DNA of 32,956 nucleotides, taken from IMG/VR virus record IMGVR_UViG_3300045988_168513; one strand, 5' to 3'. Both the position numbers and the translations under genes were made by a program. The stretch comes from a virus. The number at the start of each line of letters is the position of its first letter. Position 1 is the first letter of the stretch. The notes under the pieces were generated by a model. That model saw only the letters and a list, made by a program, of their open reading frames with translations. It did no database searches and was not told the origin of the DNA. Positions 17,289 to 25,788 of this stretch are shown here, piece by piece.

Positions 17289-17876
17289 ATGGCAGTAGAT
17301 TGCAGCAAAATATCTGTAGGCTTCACGAGTGAAGACTGCTTATCTCAGGCTACTCCCGGTACCGCGGCACGTGTCATACTGATAAGCCATTCTGATATCA
17401 ACAAGGCAACTTCGGAAGTGACGAATAATGTTATTTCCGACCTGATTCTCAAAACAGGCGCAAAAGCATATGAGGTGGATTCTTTACCGGACGCAACCAT
17501 CGGCACTGATGAAATCAACGCTGGGACTTACGTAAATAGTCATACGCACAGTGTACAAGTGCGTATATTCCAGAAATCGGAGGCAGCAAAGAAATTCATC
17601 AACGGTCTTACCAATGCCTTAGTAGTGGCTATTGTGGAGAACAAAGACAGAGGCGCATCCGGAGACACTAAATATGAAGTGTACGGTTGGAATTCAGGTC
17701 TCAGCGTTTCGGCGCTGACAGTTTCGACAGAAATTACGGACGGCATAGCCTATGACGTAACTTTGTCCACAGGGGAAGATGGACGCGAAGACAGCCTGCC
17801 TAAATCATTTTTCAAGACGGACGAGGCGACGACAGACAAAGCTATTACGTCACTGCTCTCCTCCGCCGCAGGCTAA
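17289..17876 (+). CDS. putative major tail (tube) protein or other abundant virion protein (195 aa)
   Basis: AGGAGG lies 8 nt upstream of the ATG. The protein is Thr/Ser/Gly-rich and beta-type in composition. A GC hairpin follows the gene. Confidence 0.4.
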   Translation: MAVDCSKISVGFTSEDCLSQATPGTAARVILISHSDINKATSEVTNNVISDLILKTGAKAYEVDSLPDATIGTDEINAGTYVNSHTHSVQVRIFQKSEAAKKFINGLTNALVVAIVENKDRGASGDTKYEVYGWNSGLSVSALTVSTEITDGIAYDVTLSTGEDGREDSLPKSFFKTDEATTDKAITSLLSSAAG

Positions 17877-17893
17877 TTTTCTGATGCACGCAC

Positions 17894-17915
17894 AGGCGGG
17901 GTATCAACCCCGCCT
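17894..17915 (+). terminator. GC-rich hairpin after the abundant-virion-protein genes
   Basis: aggcgggg-tatcaa-ccccgcct, an 8-bp perfect stem. No T-run follows, so terminator function is uncertain. Confidence 0.4.
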
Positions 17916-17936
17916 CAATGCGTCAAATATATCGTT

Positions 17937-18449
17937 ATGGAAAAATCAGACATAGAAAAACTGAAAGCCTACCAAGCAGCATATAATAATCTGTCTCAAC
18001 AATACAGAAATCATTATATACAGACATTGGAAAGCAACCGCGCGGCGATGGAAGAAATTCGTTATCTCGCAAAAGTTTTTCTTGGCCGTAACCTTGCTAC
18101 GTGCATACACACGTATATCGAATCTCATATAAAACTCATGAAGTTACAAGGAATAGAACCAAAAACTACAGAATACGAAGTTTACCCAGGAACCTACAAA
18201 ACAGACCCTGTAAACATGGAAATTGATTGGGTACTAACACCTGCAACACTTCGGGCGAAAGGCGAGGAGATGGCATTACGCCATTTGTCCAATAATCCCG
18301 CCGTTCGCAAGTTCTTTAGCAAACTACCAGAGGATGTAGACGTTCGCATAGCATCTTACCGCAATAATGGTGGCATATCGTCGGAGGAATCCGGAACATC
18401 TGCCGACAAACCTAAGAAACCACGCAAACCGCGGGCAAAAAAATTGTAG
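17937..18449 (+). CDS. hypothetical protein (170 aa) with a basic C-terminal tail
   Basis: ORF in the structural arm ending ..KPKKPRKPRAKKL. Stop is TAG. Confidence 0.55.
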   Translation: MEKSDIEKLKAYQAAYNNLSQQYRNHYIQTLESNRAAMEEIRYLAKVFLGRNLATCIHTYIESHIKLMKLQGIEPKTTEYEVYPGTYKTDPVNMEIDWVLTPATLRAKGEEMALRHLSNNPAVRKFFSKLPEDVDVRIASYRNNGGISSEESGTSADKPKKPRKPRAKKL

Positions 18450-18452
18450 AAG

Positions 18453-19742
18453 ATGATAGCCTCGCAGATAAAGACGCGGCAGCAGTTTAAGTCATATGAC
18501 TGGCGGCAATGGCATATCCTTACCTACGGCGAGGATAACGATTTTCCGCAGGTAGTGAACGAACTCGTCACAACTTCTAAAACGGGATATGCATGCCTCG
18601 ACATCTACTCCGATTTCGTGAACGGCGAGGGATTCGGGGACAGTGCCGTTGGGGACATGATGGTAAACGCTACGGAAACAGGTACGCGCTTTCTCCGCAA
18701 AATCGTAGAGGACTACACCAAATACTGTGGCTTCGCAATTCATGTGAACTATACGCAGGATTTTCACATCAAAGATATGCACGTGGTACCGTTCGAATTC
18801 TGTCGTCTGGGAACTTCCGATAACGGCGACGAGATTACTCATATTGCGGTACATGCAGACTGGGGACGGCGTAGTGCCCGTTTTCGCATGCGTTGGTATC
18901 CTGACGACATAATTCGTTATCACCTTTTTGACCCGTGTCCCGAAACAGTGCAGTCCGAAGTGGACGAAGCCGGCGGCTGGGAGAGTTACCGCGGACAGGT
19001 GTTCTATCTATGCGGCTCGTCCGTAGGCGATTTGGCATATCCAATACCCAAGTACGTAGCAGAACTGACCGATATGCGTACCGAGGAAGGTCTTGCCAAC
19101 ATCGCGGGACGCAACGTGTGCAGCAACTTCATGCTGGCCGGCCTGCTCGTTGACATCATGGAAAGCGACCAGAACGAGGAGCAGTTAGCACGCAAGCAGC
19201 AGGAGCTGATGCAATTCCAGGGCGATGAGAATGCCATGCAATTGTGGTACACCACAGCGAAGAACAAAGATGAAATACCGCAGTTTGTATCGCTGTCCGG
19301 CGATAACTATGATAGCAAGTTTAAGACCACGCAGCAGGTCATCCCCGACAATATCGGCGAGGCATTCAAACAACCGCCGATTCTGCGAGCAAAGGACGTA
19401 GCTGGCAACCTTGGTGCCGACCTGTTCGTAAACGCTTACAAATATTATAACTCCGTCACTTACCGCGACCGCTCCATAATCACCGAGACGCTCGAATACC
19501 TGTTCAGCTTCTGGTGGAATGAAATCCCGATGCATTTTGATATCGTGCCGCTTGCGTACAATACCGGCGGCTCATATATAGAGACACACGGCGAGGCGGC
19601 TACAGCGCATGTAGTGGAAGTCATTACCAATGCCACGCTTACTATACAACAGAAGCGCAGCTCACTAACGATGCTCTTCGGTTTCACAGAAGAAGACGCA
19701 TTAAAACTCGTGCCTAATGCTACTGACAATACAGGATATTAA
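18453..19742 (+). CDS. putative portal protein (429 aa)
   Basis: This is the only unassigned ORF of portal-compatible size in the structural arm. No diagnostic motif was verified. Confidence 0.4.
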   Translation: MIASQIKTRQQFKSYDWRQWHILTYGEDNDFPQVVNELVTTSKTGYACLDIYSDFVNGEGFGDSAVGDMMVNATETGTRFLRKIVEDYTKYCGFAIHVNYTQDFHIKDMHVVPFEFCRLGTSDNGDEITHIAVHADWGRRSARFRMRWYPDDIIRYHLFDPCPETVQSEVDEAGGWESYRGQVFYLCGSSVGDLAYPIPKYVAELTDMRTEEGLANIAGRNVCSNFMLAGLLVDIMESDQNEEQLARKQQELMQFQGDENAMQLWYTTAKNKDEIPQFVSLSGDNYDSKFKTTQQVIPDNIGEAFKQPPILRAKDVAGNLGADLFVNAYKYYNSVTYRDRSIITETLEYLFSFWWNEIPMHFDIVPLAYNTGGSYIETHGEAATAHVVEVITNATLTIQQKRSSLTMLFGFTEEDALKLVPNATDNTGY

Positions 19743-20277
19743 CCGTGTCCGGCCCATTGCGGCTAACATTAACGCCAAGGAACGTCTCGAGCCATACCTT
19801 GCGGAGGCTGAACGGCTACGCCTGATGGACGTTCTCGGCGCGCCGCTGTACCGGTGGCTCGATGAGACGGACTTCAAAACCGGCGACGCATTCACCTACA
19901 CGCGGCCAGACGGAACGGAGACAACCATAACGGCGGACGACCACGATGCACTGATGAACGGCGGCTACTATGCGGGATGCTGTGGTGAGAAATATAGTAA
20001 CGGTATAGTCGCGGCTACGGCTTATATAGCATACAGCCGGTTCATTGTGAACAATCCTATCAATATCACGGCCTTCGGTGTCCGCTACAAAGACGGTGAG
20101 TTTTCGTCGAGAACCGAAGACAACGCGATAGTGCGCGCTTCTAACGATGCCCGCCGTATCGGTGAAGCATATTTCGAGGAAGTAACGGCACACTGCCGCT
20201 CGTTGGGACTGCTGGAATGCCGCCCGTACACTGAAGCTCCACGCCATATAGTACGCGTAGGACAAAGAAAACTGTAA
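19717..20277 (+). CDS. hypothetical virion-associated protein (186 aa), possible head-tail connector
   Basis: Overlaps the 3' end of the upstream gene by 26 nt. Called from position only. Confidence 0.45.
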   Translation: MLLTIQDINRVRPIAANINAKERLEPYLAEAERLRLMDVLGAPLYRWLDETDFKTGDAFTYTRPDGTETTITADDHDALMNGGYYAGCCGEKYSNGIVAATAYIAYSRFIVNNPINITAFGVRYKDGEFSSRTEDNAIVRASNDARRIGEAYFEEVTAHCRSLGLLECRPYTEAPRHIVRVGQRKL

Positions 20278-20290
20278 GACACAGGCTATA

Positions 20291-20659
20291 ATGGATATTC
20301 TGAACTGGATACTCTCGGCTGTCACGTGCATATTTGGAGGCACGTCGCTGTACACGCTGGTGTTATATCGGCGGCAAACGAAACGATTCAAGGATGCGGA
20401 GGCCTTTGAAAAGGAAGTCAAAGCACTGGAGGCAGCGCTCAACGTTATGCGTGAGCAAATAGATTTCTGTCAAACCCAAATAGAGACTCTCCAAAAATCC
20501 GTTTTACATAAAGACGGGCGTATTTCACGCCTAAACGGCGTAATCGTAGCAGCGCACAAGTGTTCGCATATCACCAACGTGACAGAATGCCCCGTATTAG
20601 TAAAAAAAACAGAATACGACGCATTGGATTATACTATAAACAAAAAAGCAGAGGAATGA
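20291..20659 (+). CDS. membrane-anchored coiled-coil protein (holin/spanin-like lysis accessory candidate)
   Basis: N-terminal transmembrane segment ILSAVTCIFGGTSLYTLVLY followed by a coiled coil. Lies immediately upstream of the endolysin. Confidence 0.5.
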   Translation: MDILNWILSAVTCIFGGTSLYTLVLYRRQTKRFKDAEAFEKEVKALEAALNVMREQIDFCQTQIETLQKSVLHKDGRISRLNGVIVAAHKCSHITNVTECPVLVKKTEYDALDYTINKKAEE

Positions 20660-20663
20660 TGGA

Positions 20664-20693
20664 AGCTACCAACTTCTTGTATGGCTGGTAGCT
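20664..20693 (+). promoter_or_regulatory. 8-bp stem hairpin between the lysis genes
   Basis: agctacca-(14 nt)-tggtagct. Function unknown. Confidence 0.25.
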
Positions 20694-20723
20694 CTCATTC
20701 CTTTATACAAAATATGTCACGCA

Positions 20724-21125
20724 ATGGGTAAGTATTTTACAATTCAAGAATTATGTCATTCCCGGACAGCTATCAAACAGGGTATAGACAATACTCCTCC
20801 TCCCAGTGCGAAAGTGAATTTGATAGTTCTTATCACGAATTGTCTCGACCCCATACGCGCATTATGGGGCGGTCCTGTAATTGTGAATAGCGGTTTTCGC
20901 ACGCCGATGCTGAACAAAGCAGTAGGCGGGACGGTCAATTCTCAACATATACAGGGAGAAGCAGCAGACATTACGGTAGGTTCACCAGACAAGAATCGTA
21001 GGTTGTTCAGCATGATTCAAGCAGCAGGGATTCAGTTCGACCAATTGATAGACGAAAGCAATTACGCATGGATACATGTTTCATGGAAAGCGACAGGGAA
21101 CCGGCAGCAGGTATTGCATTTATAA
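20724..21125 (+). CDS. peptidase M15 (VanY/L-Ala-D-Glu peptidase-like) endolysin
   Basis: SGFRTPMLNKAVGGTVNSQHIQGEAADI plus a distal WIHVS motif match the Zn-binding H-x6-D...H signature of M15 cell-wall peptidases. Confidence 0.85.
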   Translation: MGKYFTIQELCHSRTAIKQGIDNTPPPSAKVNLIVLITNCLDPIRALWGGPVIVNSGFRTPMLNKAVGGTVNSQHIQGEAADITVGSPDKNRRLFSMIQAAGIQFDQLIDESNYAWIHVSWKATGNRQQVLHL

Positions 21126-21241
21126 CCGACCGTTGCCCGGAGTGCGGCGCGTGGCTTATTCATCAATCCGGATGCGCAATATGTCCGGATTGCGGATGGA
21201 GTGCGTGTAGTCTTAAGGTGATGATTTATTTACTACTATAA
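21083..21241 (+). CDS. small Zn-ribbon ORF (52 aa; 57 aa if started at ATG 21068) overlapping the endolysin 3' end in the -1 frame
   Basis: MESDREPAAGIAFITDRCPECGAWLIHQSGCAICPDCGWSACSLKVMIYLLL, with a CPxC-x9-CxxCxxC motif. Below the ORF-track cutoff. Confidence 0.3.
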   Translation: MESDREPAAGIAFITDRCPECGAWLIHQSGCAICPDCGWSACSLKVMIYLLL

Positions 21242-21414
21242 TACATTGTATAGATAGTAATATTAAAATTCATTGTTATTTTAAAGATATTAGTAAATTT
21301 TTATATTTCAAAAATGATATAGAAAATATATTATATACTTATAAATTTAATATCAAAATTATTATTTCATCTGTAACCTCAACTATAGTTTAACATTAAA
21401 ATATAGAAATTATT

Positions 21415-21798
21415 ATGAAAATTGTCAATATAGTTAATATTCCTAATTATCCTAATTATACTATATACGGTAAGGATATAGAAACTTTAAAAATTTATGT
21501 TTCTGATTTATTGCCAAATGATAGTGAAGAATATAATAATGAAGATTTGTGTATTAATATAGATTATACTAATATTCAAGATGTAACATTTGGTGTATAT
21601 GATAATCCTAAAAATGATATTTATGATTATCGAATAAATATAAAGGAAAAGACTTTAGGTTATGTTGAACTTATATTTGAGAAATATAGTAGTTTTAATA
21701 GTGTAAAACTTTTTATATCAAATATGATAGATGATGATATTAATATGAATCCTATTCGTGAATATAAAGAAAGTATACGTATAAATAATAAATTATGA
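21415..21798 (+). CDS. hypothetical protein in a ~20% GC island (moron)
   Basis: 127 aa, Asn/Ile/Tyr/Asp-rich. It and the ~190 nt upstream are far more AT-rich than the rest of the genome. Two hairpins follow it. Confidence 0.6.
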   Translation: MKIVNIVNIPNYPNYTIYGKDIETLKIYVSDLLPNDSEEYNNEDLCINIDYTNIQDVTFGVYDNPKNDIYDYRINIKEKTLGYVELIFEKYSSFNSVKLFISNMIDDDINMNPIREYKESIRINNKL

Positions 21799-21812
21799 AA
21801 TAGGTAATAAAA

Positions 21813-21839
21813 AAGAGGCGGTGTCGGACTCCGCCTCTT
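21813..21839 (+). terminator. 9-bp stem hairpin after the moron
   Basis: aagaggcgg-tgtcggact-ccgcctctt. Confidence 0.5.
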
Positions 21840-21842
21840 AAT

Positions 21843-21863
21843 GAGACATAGCAATGTCTCTTT
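21843..21863 (+). terminator. second hairpin with a T-run
   Basis: gagacat-agca-atgtctc followed by ttt. Confidence 0.45.
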
Positions 21864-21906
21864 GCCAGATGGCATTTACAAAGATAGAAATTTTTATAAA
21901 ATATAC

Positions 21907-22140
21907 ATGATGGAAACAGACAAACTACTGCATGTATTGTGCGGATATGTTATTGCAGTTACTATCGGTATGTGGCTTCCGTGGCTCGGAGCTGTTGCCG
22001 GTATTGTAGCTGCGTTCGGTAAGGAGTTTTTGTGGGACAGGCTGCTGAAGCGCGGCACCTTCGAATGGGCGGATATAAATGCCACGCTCGTCGGCGTACT
22101 CATAGGTTTTTGCCTTGCCTTTCTTAGAAGTAATATATGA
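21907..22140 (+). CDS. small multi-pass membrane protein (holin candidate)
   Basis: MMETDKLLHVLCGYVIAVTIGMWLPWLGAVAGIVAAFGKEF...LVGVLIGFCLAFL contains hydrophobic helices. The track start at 21841 lies inside the terminator hairpins, so ATG 21907 is preferred. Confidence 0.55.
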   Translation: MMETDKLLHVLCGYVIAVTIGMWLPWLGAVAGIVAAFGKEFLWDRLLKRGTFEWADINATLVGVLIGFCLAFLRSNI

Positions 22141-22610
22141 AAGTATGGGGATACATAACCGCCGTACTGTTGTTCATCGGAGCATTCTTTGCGGGACGTG
22201 CTTCGAAACGGTGTGATATAACATCGAGCGAAGTGCGGCGCGACACCGTTACCGTAGTCGATACTCTCATTCGGAAAATTCCCATGCCGAATCCTGTCAC
22301 GGTCGTGCGTATCGATACATGCTACCTACCATCACCTACCGATACTGTCCGCATTCCGGTCGCCATGCCAATAGAACGGAAAACATACACTACGTCCGAT
22401 TATCGGGCCGTTGTCGAGGGATACCGGCCAAGTTTAGTAGAAATGCAAGTTTACCAAAAACAGCAGACTATAACGCAGACCCTTCCCGTATCCAGCAAAT
22501 CTAAACGCTGGGGAGTAGGCGTACAAATTGGATACGGTTATTTGCCAACATTAAATAGAGGTACTTTTTACATCGGAATTGGCACGCACTATAGTATATG
22601 GCAATGGTAA
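22137..22610 (+). CDS. N-terminally anchored membrane protein (lysis-module associated), last gene of the late arm
   Basis: Transmembrane segment GYITAVLLFIGAFFAG. ATGA overlap with the upstream gene. Confidence 0.55.
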   Translation: MKVWGYITAVLLFIGAFFAGRASKRCDITSSEVRRDTVTVVDTLIRKIPMPNPVTVVRIDTCYLPSPTDTVRIPVAMPIERKTYTTSDYRAVVEGYRPSLVEMQVYQKQQTITQTLPVSSKSKRWGVGVQIGYGYLPTLNRGTFYIGIGTHYSIWQW

Positions 22611-22746
22611 AACTATCGGAATTCTCCACCCATACATTGAGATATGTCCGTATGGCAACATCTCCGTTATTTTTGTGAATTAAATCGCCAACCACCCATT
22701 CTCCGTTGTTGAGGCGCTTGCCTCTGAATTTGATTTCACGTTCCAT
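22501..22746 (-). pseudogene. YopX-like N-terminal remnant
   Basis: MEREIKFRGKRLNNGEWVVGDL.. resembles YopX-family N-termini. The last ~37 codons are antisense to the 3' end of 22137..22610 (110-nt convergent overlap) and look non-native. Confidence 0.4.
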
Positions 22747-22754
22747 AATCTATT

Positions 22755-23441
22755 TTATTTTGCCAACTCAAACTCATAAACTATTACCCAAGGATTATTC
22801 TCCCACGTCCCTTTGCCGGAAACCTTGTCGATGAGGGAGGCAAAGGCGGCGCGGGGACTGTCAAAATCAAAATAAAAACCTTCTTCTCTATCCGGTCTTT
22901 CGAAATAATACACTCCGAGTTCTTCGATGTACTGCACGCCCTCTCTGAGACACTCGCTATCCGAAATATCCTGCAACCGCTCGCAGCGGACATCCGTTAT
23001 GCGAATTTGGTGAGGCATAAGTTCTGCTTTGGAGAACATCTTATTCTTCCAGCCGGGCAGATTTGGTATGGCTTCCAATTTGCATCCATATGCCTTTGAA
23101 AGCTGAAGCAAGAACGTATTTACGTCTGGATGCTTGTCAGATATGGATTTATAACTTTGCGCCACGGCTACGATATCGCCAAGTTTATATTTAGTATTAT
23201 AGTAATAGCCCGCTTCAAACCATCTTACGCCGTTGCCACAATACTTGCAATATATACCGCCTGTATCTCGCTCTACCTCCAAAGCCATAGGCTCATCCGA
23301 CCAATAAGCCCCCCAGTAATTTTTGTGATTGGCGGTGCAATCCTCCGGCATTGGATTAATTAACCGCCTCGTCATGGTTTTCCGCCCATCGATAACCGCT
23401 TGCGTGAGGCCGTAACGGTCGTTAAACATTATCTTTTTCAT
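22755..23441 (-). CDS. ASCH-like domain protein
   Basis: MKKIMFNDRYGLTQAVIDGRKTMTRR.. and C-terminal ..NPWVIVYEFE resemble ASCH/PUA-like proteins. The track ORF extends to 23483; ATG 23441 is preferred. Confidence 0.5.
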   Translation of the reverse strand: MKKIMFNDRYGLTQAVIDGRKTMTRRLINPMPEDCTANHKNYWGAYWSDEPMALEVERDTGGIYCKYCGNGVRWFEAGYYYNTKYKLGDIVAVAQSYKSISDKHPDVNTFLLQLSKAYGCKLEAIPNLPGWKNKMFSKAELMPHQIRITDVRCERLQDISDSECLREGVQYIEELGVYYFERPDREEGFYFDFDSPRAAFASLIDKVSGKGTWENNPWVIVYEFELAK

Positions 23442-23608
23442 AGTTTCACTCGTTTTACCTTTCCGCATTTGGTGCAAACCCATATTTCGGTCAGCCAGGT
23501 GTTCCCAAAATCAGGGTCGTGCCATGTAGTACGCCGCTTGCAACTCCAAGTATGGCAACATGTCGTTTTGATAAAAACACGTTTGATAAGTTCCTTTATT
23601 TTAGCCAT
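23438..23608 (-). CDS. small Cys-rich (Zn-ribbon-like) protein, 56 aa
   Basis: MAKIKELIKRVFIKTTCCHTWSCKRR...VCTKCGKVKRVKL. Its ATG overlaps the upstream stop (AATGGCTAA). Confidence 0.45.
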   Translation of the reverse strand: MAKIKELIKRVFIKTTCCHTWSCKRRTTWHDPDFGNTWLTEIWVCTKCGKVKRVKL

Positions 23609-24005
23609 TGAATTTGTCGATTTCCTCTTGAAATTGTCTTTTTGCATATTCAACCCACAAATGAGCGTCTTCAAGTGCGGCAAGCTCTTCTACAGTTTTT
23701 CGCGGACAGCCACGCAGCCAGTTTCGGTAATTCGGGGTGGTAATATCCTCCGAAATCATGTGCAAGCGCAAACAGTAGTCATACCATTCGCCAAAGGCCG
23801 TTTCCGGTGCCTGCATGTCGATATCGGCGATGATAGTATCCATATTCACAAACTCGTCGCCGACGGACGCAATGCCTCCTACATCTCCGGCTGCCCAGCT
23901 ATTGACGGCGTCGTCTTCATCGTATCCGTGCTTCTAGCAAAATGCTCGTAAGTAAGCATTGCAGGCATCTTCATAGTTCTTTCTCAATAATTCTCTGTCG
24001 TCCAT
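23601..24005 (-). CDS. hypothetical protein interrupted by one in-frame TAG (23934-23936); the standard-code ORF is 23601..23849
   Basis: From ATG 24005 the frame reads MDDRELLRKNYEDACNAYLRAFC-TAG-KHGYDEDDAVNSWAAGDVGGIASVGDEFVNMDTII..., protein-like on both sides of the TAG. Confidence 0.5.
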
Positions 24006-24008
24006 AAA

Positions 24009-24239
24009 TTATCTATTCTTATTCTTGAAACGTTTCACAATCTTTGCTCTCGAAACTCCCCGCCCACGGCCGCTTTTGCGCACCCGTTCGATAACGTCTA
24101 TGCGCCGAAGACGACCGATTATCTCAAAGGTATTCGGGTCGATAATGACCGATACGTTCTCGTTCAGCCAATCGTTCAGGTTCTCGCCCTCCGGGACATC
24201 ACACCAAATCCCGTCAATCATGAATCTGCCTGCCATCAT
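24009..24239 (-). CDS. hypothetical protein (76 aa, basic C-terminus)
   Basis: MMAGRFMIDGIW... The start overlaps the upstream stop (ATGA). The track ORF extends to 24323. Confidence 0.5.
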   Translation of the reverse strand: MMAGRFMIDGIWCDVPEGENLNDWLNENVSVIIDPNTFEIIGRLRRIDVIERVRKSGRGRGVSRAKIVKRFKNKNR

Positions 24240-24490
24240 TTTACTTGTCTGAAAATTATATCCTCGCCATCCTCTCTGTCCTCCGCGGCACAATGACCTA
24301 TTAAAAAAGCATGTATCCCGCAATGACGAATACTCGTAATATCTCCACGAGTATCTCTAACCCGCTCGTGGAAGTAGCAACTTTTACAATCAAAATTCGC
24401 GTCGGGAACAACCTCAAGCACTACATCGCCCAAATTGAACCGCTCCCCGACAGGGCGGAAGGGAATTTTATTTTTATCCATGATATCCAT
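24236..24490 (-). CDS. hypothetical Cys-containing protein (84 aa)
   Basis: Packed same-strand ORF. Contains CKSCYFH...HCGIHAFLIGHC. Confidence 0.5.
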   Translation of the reverse strand: MDIMDKNKIPFRPVGERFNLGDVVLEVVPDANFDCKSCYFHERVRDTRGDITSIRHCGIHAFLIGHCAAEDREDGEDIIFRQVK

Positions 24491-24507
24491 TTCTAACTGT
24501 TTTATTT

Positions 24508-24921
24508 TTATAATATTCCCGAATTACGTAATCTCACATAGCACGACACGACCTTGACGCACTCTTCCCTACTGTTCAAGTTTCCCGTATGATACTCTTT
24601 GCCGAGAGCTTCCGAGAGAGCCGAATACAATTGCTTTCTCTTGGCCCGGTCGGCATGCCCATCTCCCAACCAGTACGGGTCAATCACGTTATGAACCCAT
24701 TTTCTTTGGTCTCGCAGCTCCGGACTGGGAATAGTGCCCAACGAGCGACCATCTTTGTGAGTACCCACGTAATTACCGCATGTCGGACACATATAAAAAC
24801 GCTTGTCATCCAAATCCGGGCGACGTAGATAGATGTGCCGGCCATAGCACTCTTGCGCGGCAACATCTTGCTTACATACTGTGCAATATATCCAAATCGT
24901 TTTCATTCTAAATCTTTTCAA
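24508..24921 (-). CDS. Zn-ribbon protein (DUF3268-like)
   Basis: CTVCKQ...(26 aa)...CPTCGNYVGTH followed by ..RKWVHNVIDPYW, a pattern resembling a phage Zn-finger family (from memory, not searched). Confidence 0.5.
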   Translation of the reverse strand: MKRFRMKTIWIYCTVCKQDVAAQECYGRHIYLRRPDLDDKRFYMCPTCGNYVGTHKDGRSLGTIPSPELRDQRKWVHNVIDPYWLGDGHADRAKRKQLYSALSEALGKEYHTGNLNSREECVKVVSCYVRLRNSGIL

Positions 24922-25120
24922 GGTTATGCTGTATTATAGATTCAATCTCAGCATCAATCCACGATTTTAAATCTTCTAAACAGTGACGATACCCACTCTC
25001 CGCACCAGCAACATATGCCTCACACCAAGCATAGTAATCCTCGCCACCGTAGCAGGAGGGAACAGACTCCTCCGCCTCATTCTGAAAATCTCTCATATCA
25101 CTCACGCCTTTTGAAAACAT
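24908..25120 (-). CDS. hypothetical protein (70 aa)
   Basis: Packed acidic ORF. Confidence 0.45.
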   Translation of the reverse strand: MFSKGVSDMRDFQNEAEESVPSCYGGEDYYAWCEAYVAGAESGYRHCLEDLKSWIDAEIESIIQHNLEKI

Positions 25121-25157
25121 TTCAAAATCTCATCTCCCGTAGCCTTATGAATCGTTT

Positions 25158-25388
25158 TCATTCCTCGGTTAGTTTTTTGCAAAATTCATCTGCGATTTTT
25201 CGAGACATATCTCCTTGAAAAATACCGGCCATCATCTTCTCGATAATACGATGCGCTTTTGCCTGCATCCGTTCCTTGGCTTCTTTTTCAGCGCACGTTA
25301 CGCAATATCCCACATCTGCTTTTGTAAAGTCCAATGAACCCATGGATAGCCTATCGTTAATAAATCTTTGTGCTTTTTTACTTCTCAT
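25158..25388 (-). CDS. hypothetical protein (76 aa)
   Basis: Packed ORF. Confidence 0.45.
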   Translation of the reverse strand: MRSKKAQRFINDRLSMGSLDFTKADVGYCVTCAEKEAKERMQAKAHRIIEKMMAGIFQGDMSRKIADEFCKKLTEE

Positions 25389-25788
25389 CTGCGTTCAGTT
25401 TATAATGTCCTTTTTCATTCCGAACCAAAAGTCCTTTCTTCACCAACCGCAAACAGATTGGTGAAGCCCATGAGCTATGATGTGTAAAGCCAGCACTTCC
25501 AGTAACCGATGCGTGGCTTTTTCCTATCACCGTAGGCGACACGTAGTCCTTACCCTTAAGGTAGTCGAGTATCCATTGTTCATTTTTTGTCAGCTTCATA
25601 CTCTTGTTGTCATTATTGTAGTACGAGTTAGCATCGAATCCGCACCAAGTGCATATTCCGGACAAAACGTTCATGCAATAATTCTCGCGGCCGCATTTCG
25701 GACATCTACAAAGTGCTATACGTCCCGTTGTCTCGCGCCACCACAACCCGCGCGGAAGATTGTATTTATCCTTAGATTCATTTTTCAT
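25378..25788 (-). CDS. Zn-ribbon plus winged-helix-like protein (136 aa)
   Basis: CRCPKCGRENYCMNVLSGICTWCG followed by ..ICLRLVKKGLLVRNEKGHYKL. Confidence 0.5.
   Translation of the reverse strand: MKNESKDKYNLPRGLWWRETTGRIALCRCPKCGRENYCMNVLSGICTWCGFDANSYYNNDNKSMKLTKNEQWILDYLKGKDYVSPTVIGKSHASVTGSAGFTHHSSWASPICLRLVKKGLLVRNEKGHYKLNADEK

Noticed and set aside
21819-21830. A 12-mer, cggtgtcggact, shared by the hairpin loop at 21813-21839 and the hairpin at 30802-30821
   Set aside because: Tens of shared 12-mers are expected by chance in 33 kb when both strands are considered. The two copies sit in opposite orientation relative to transcription.
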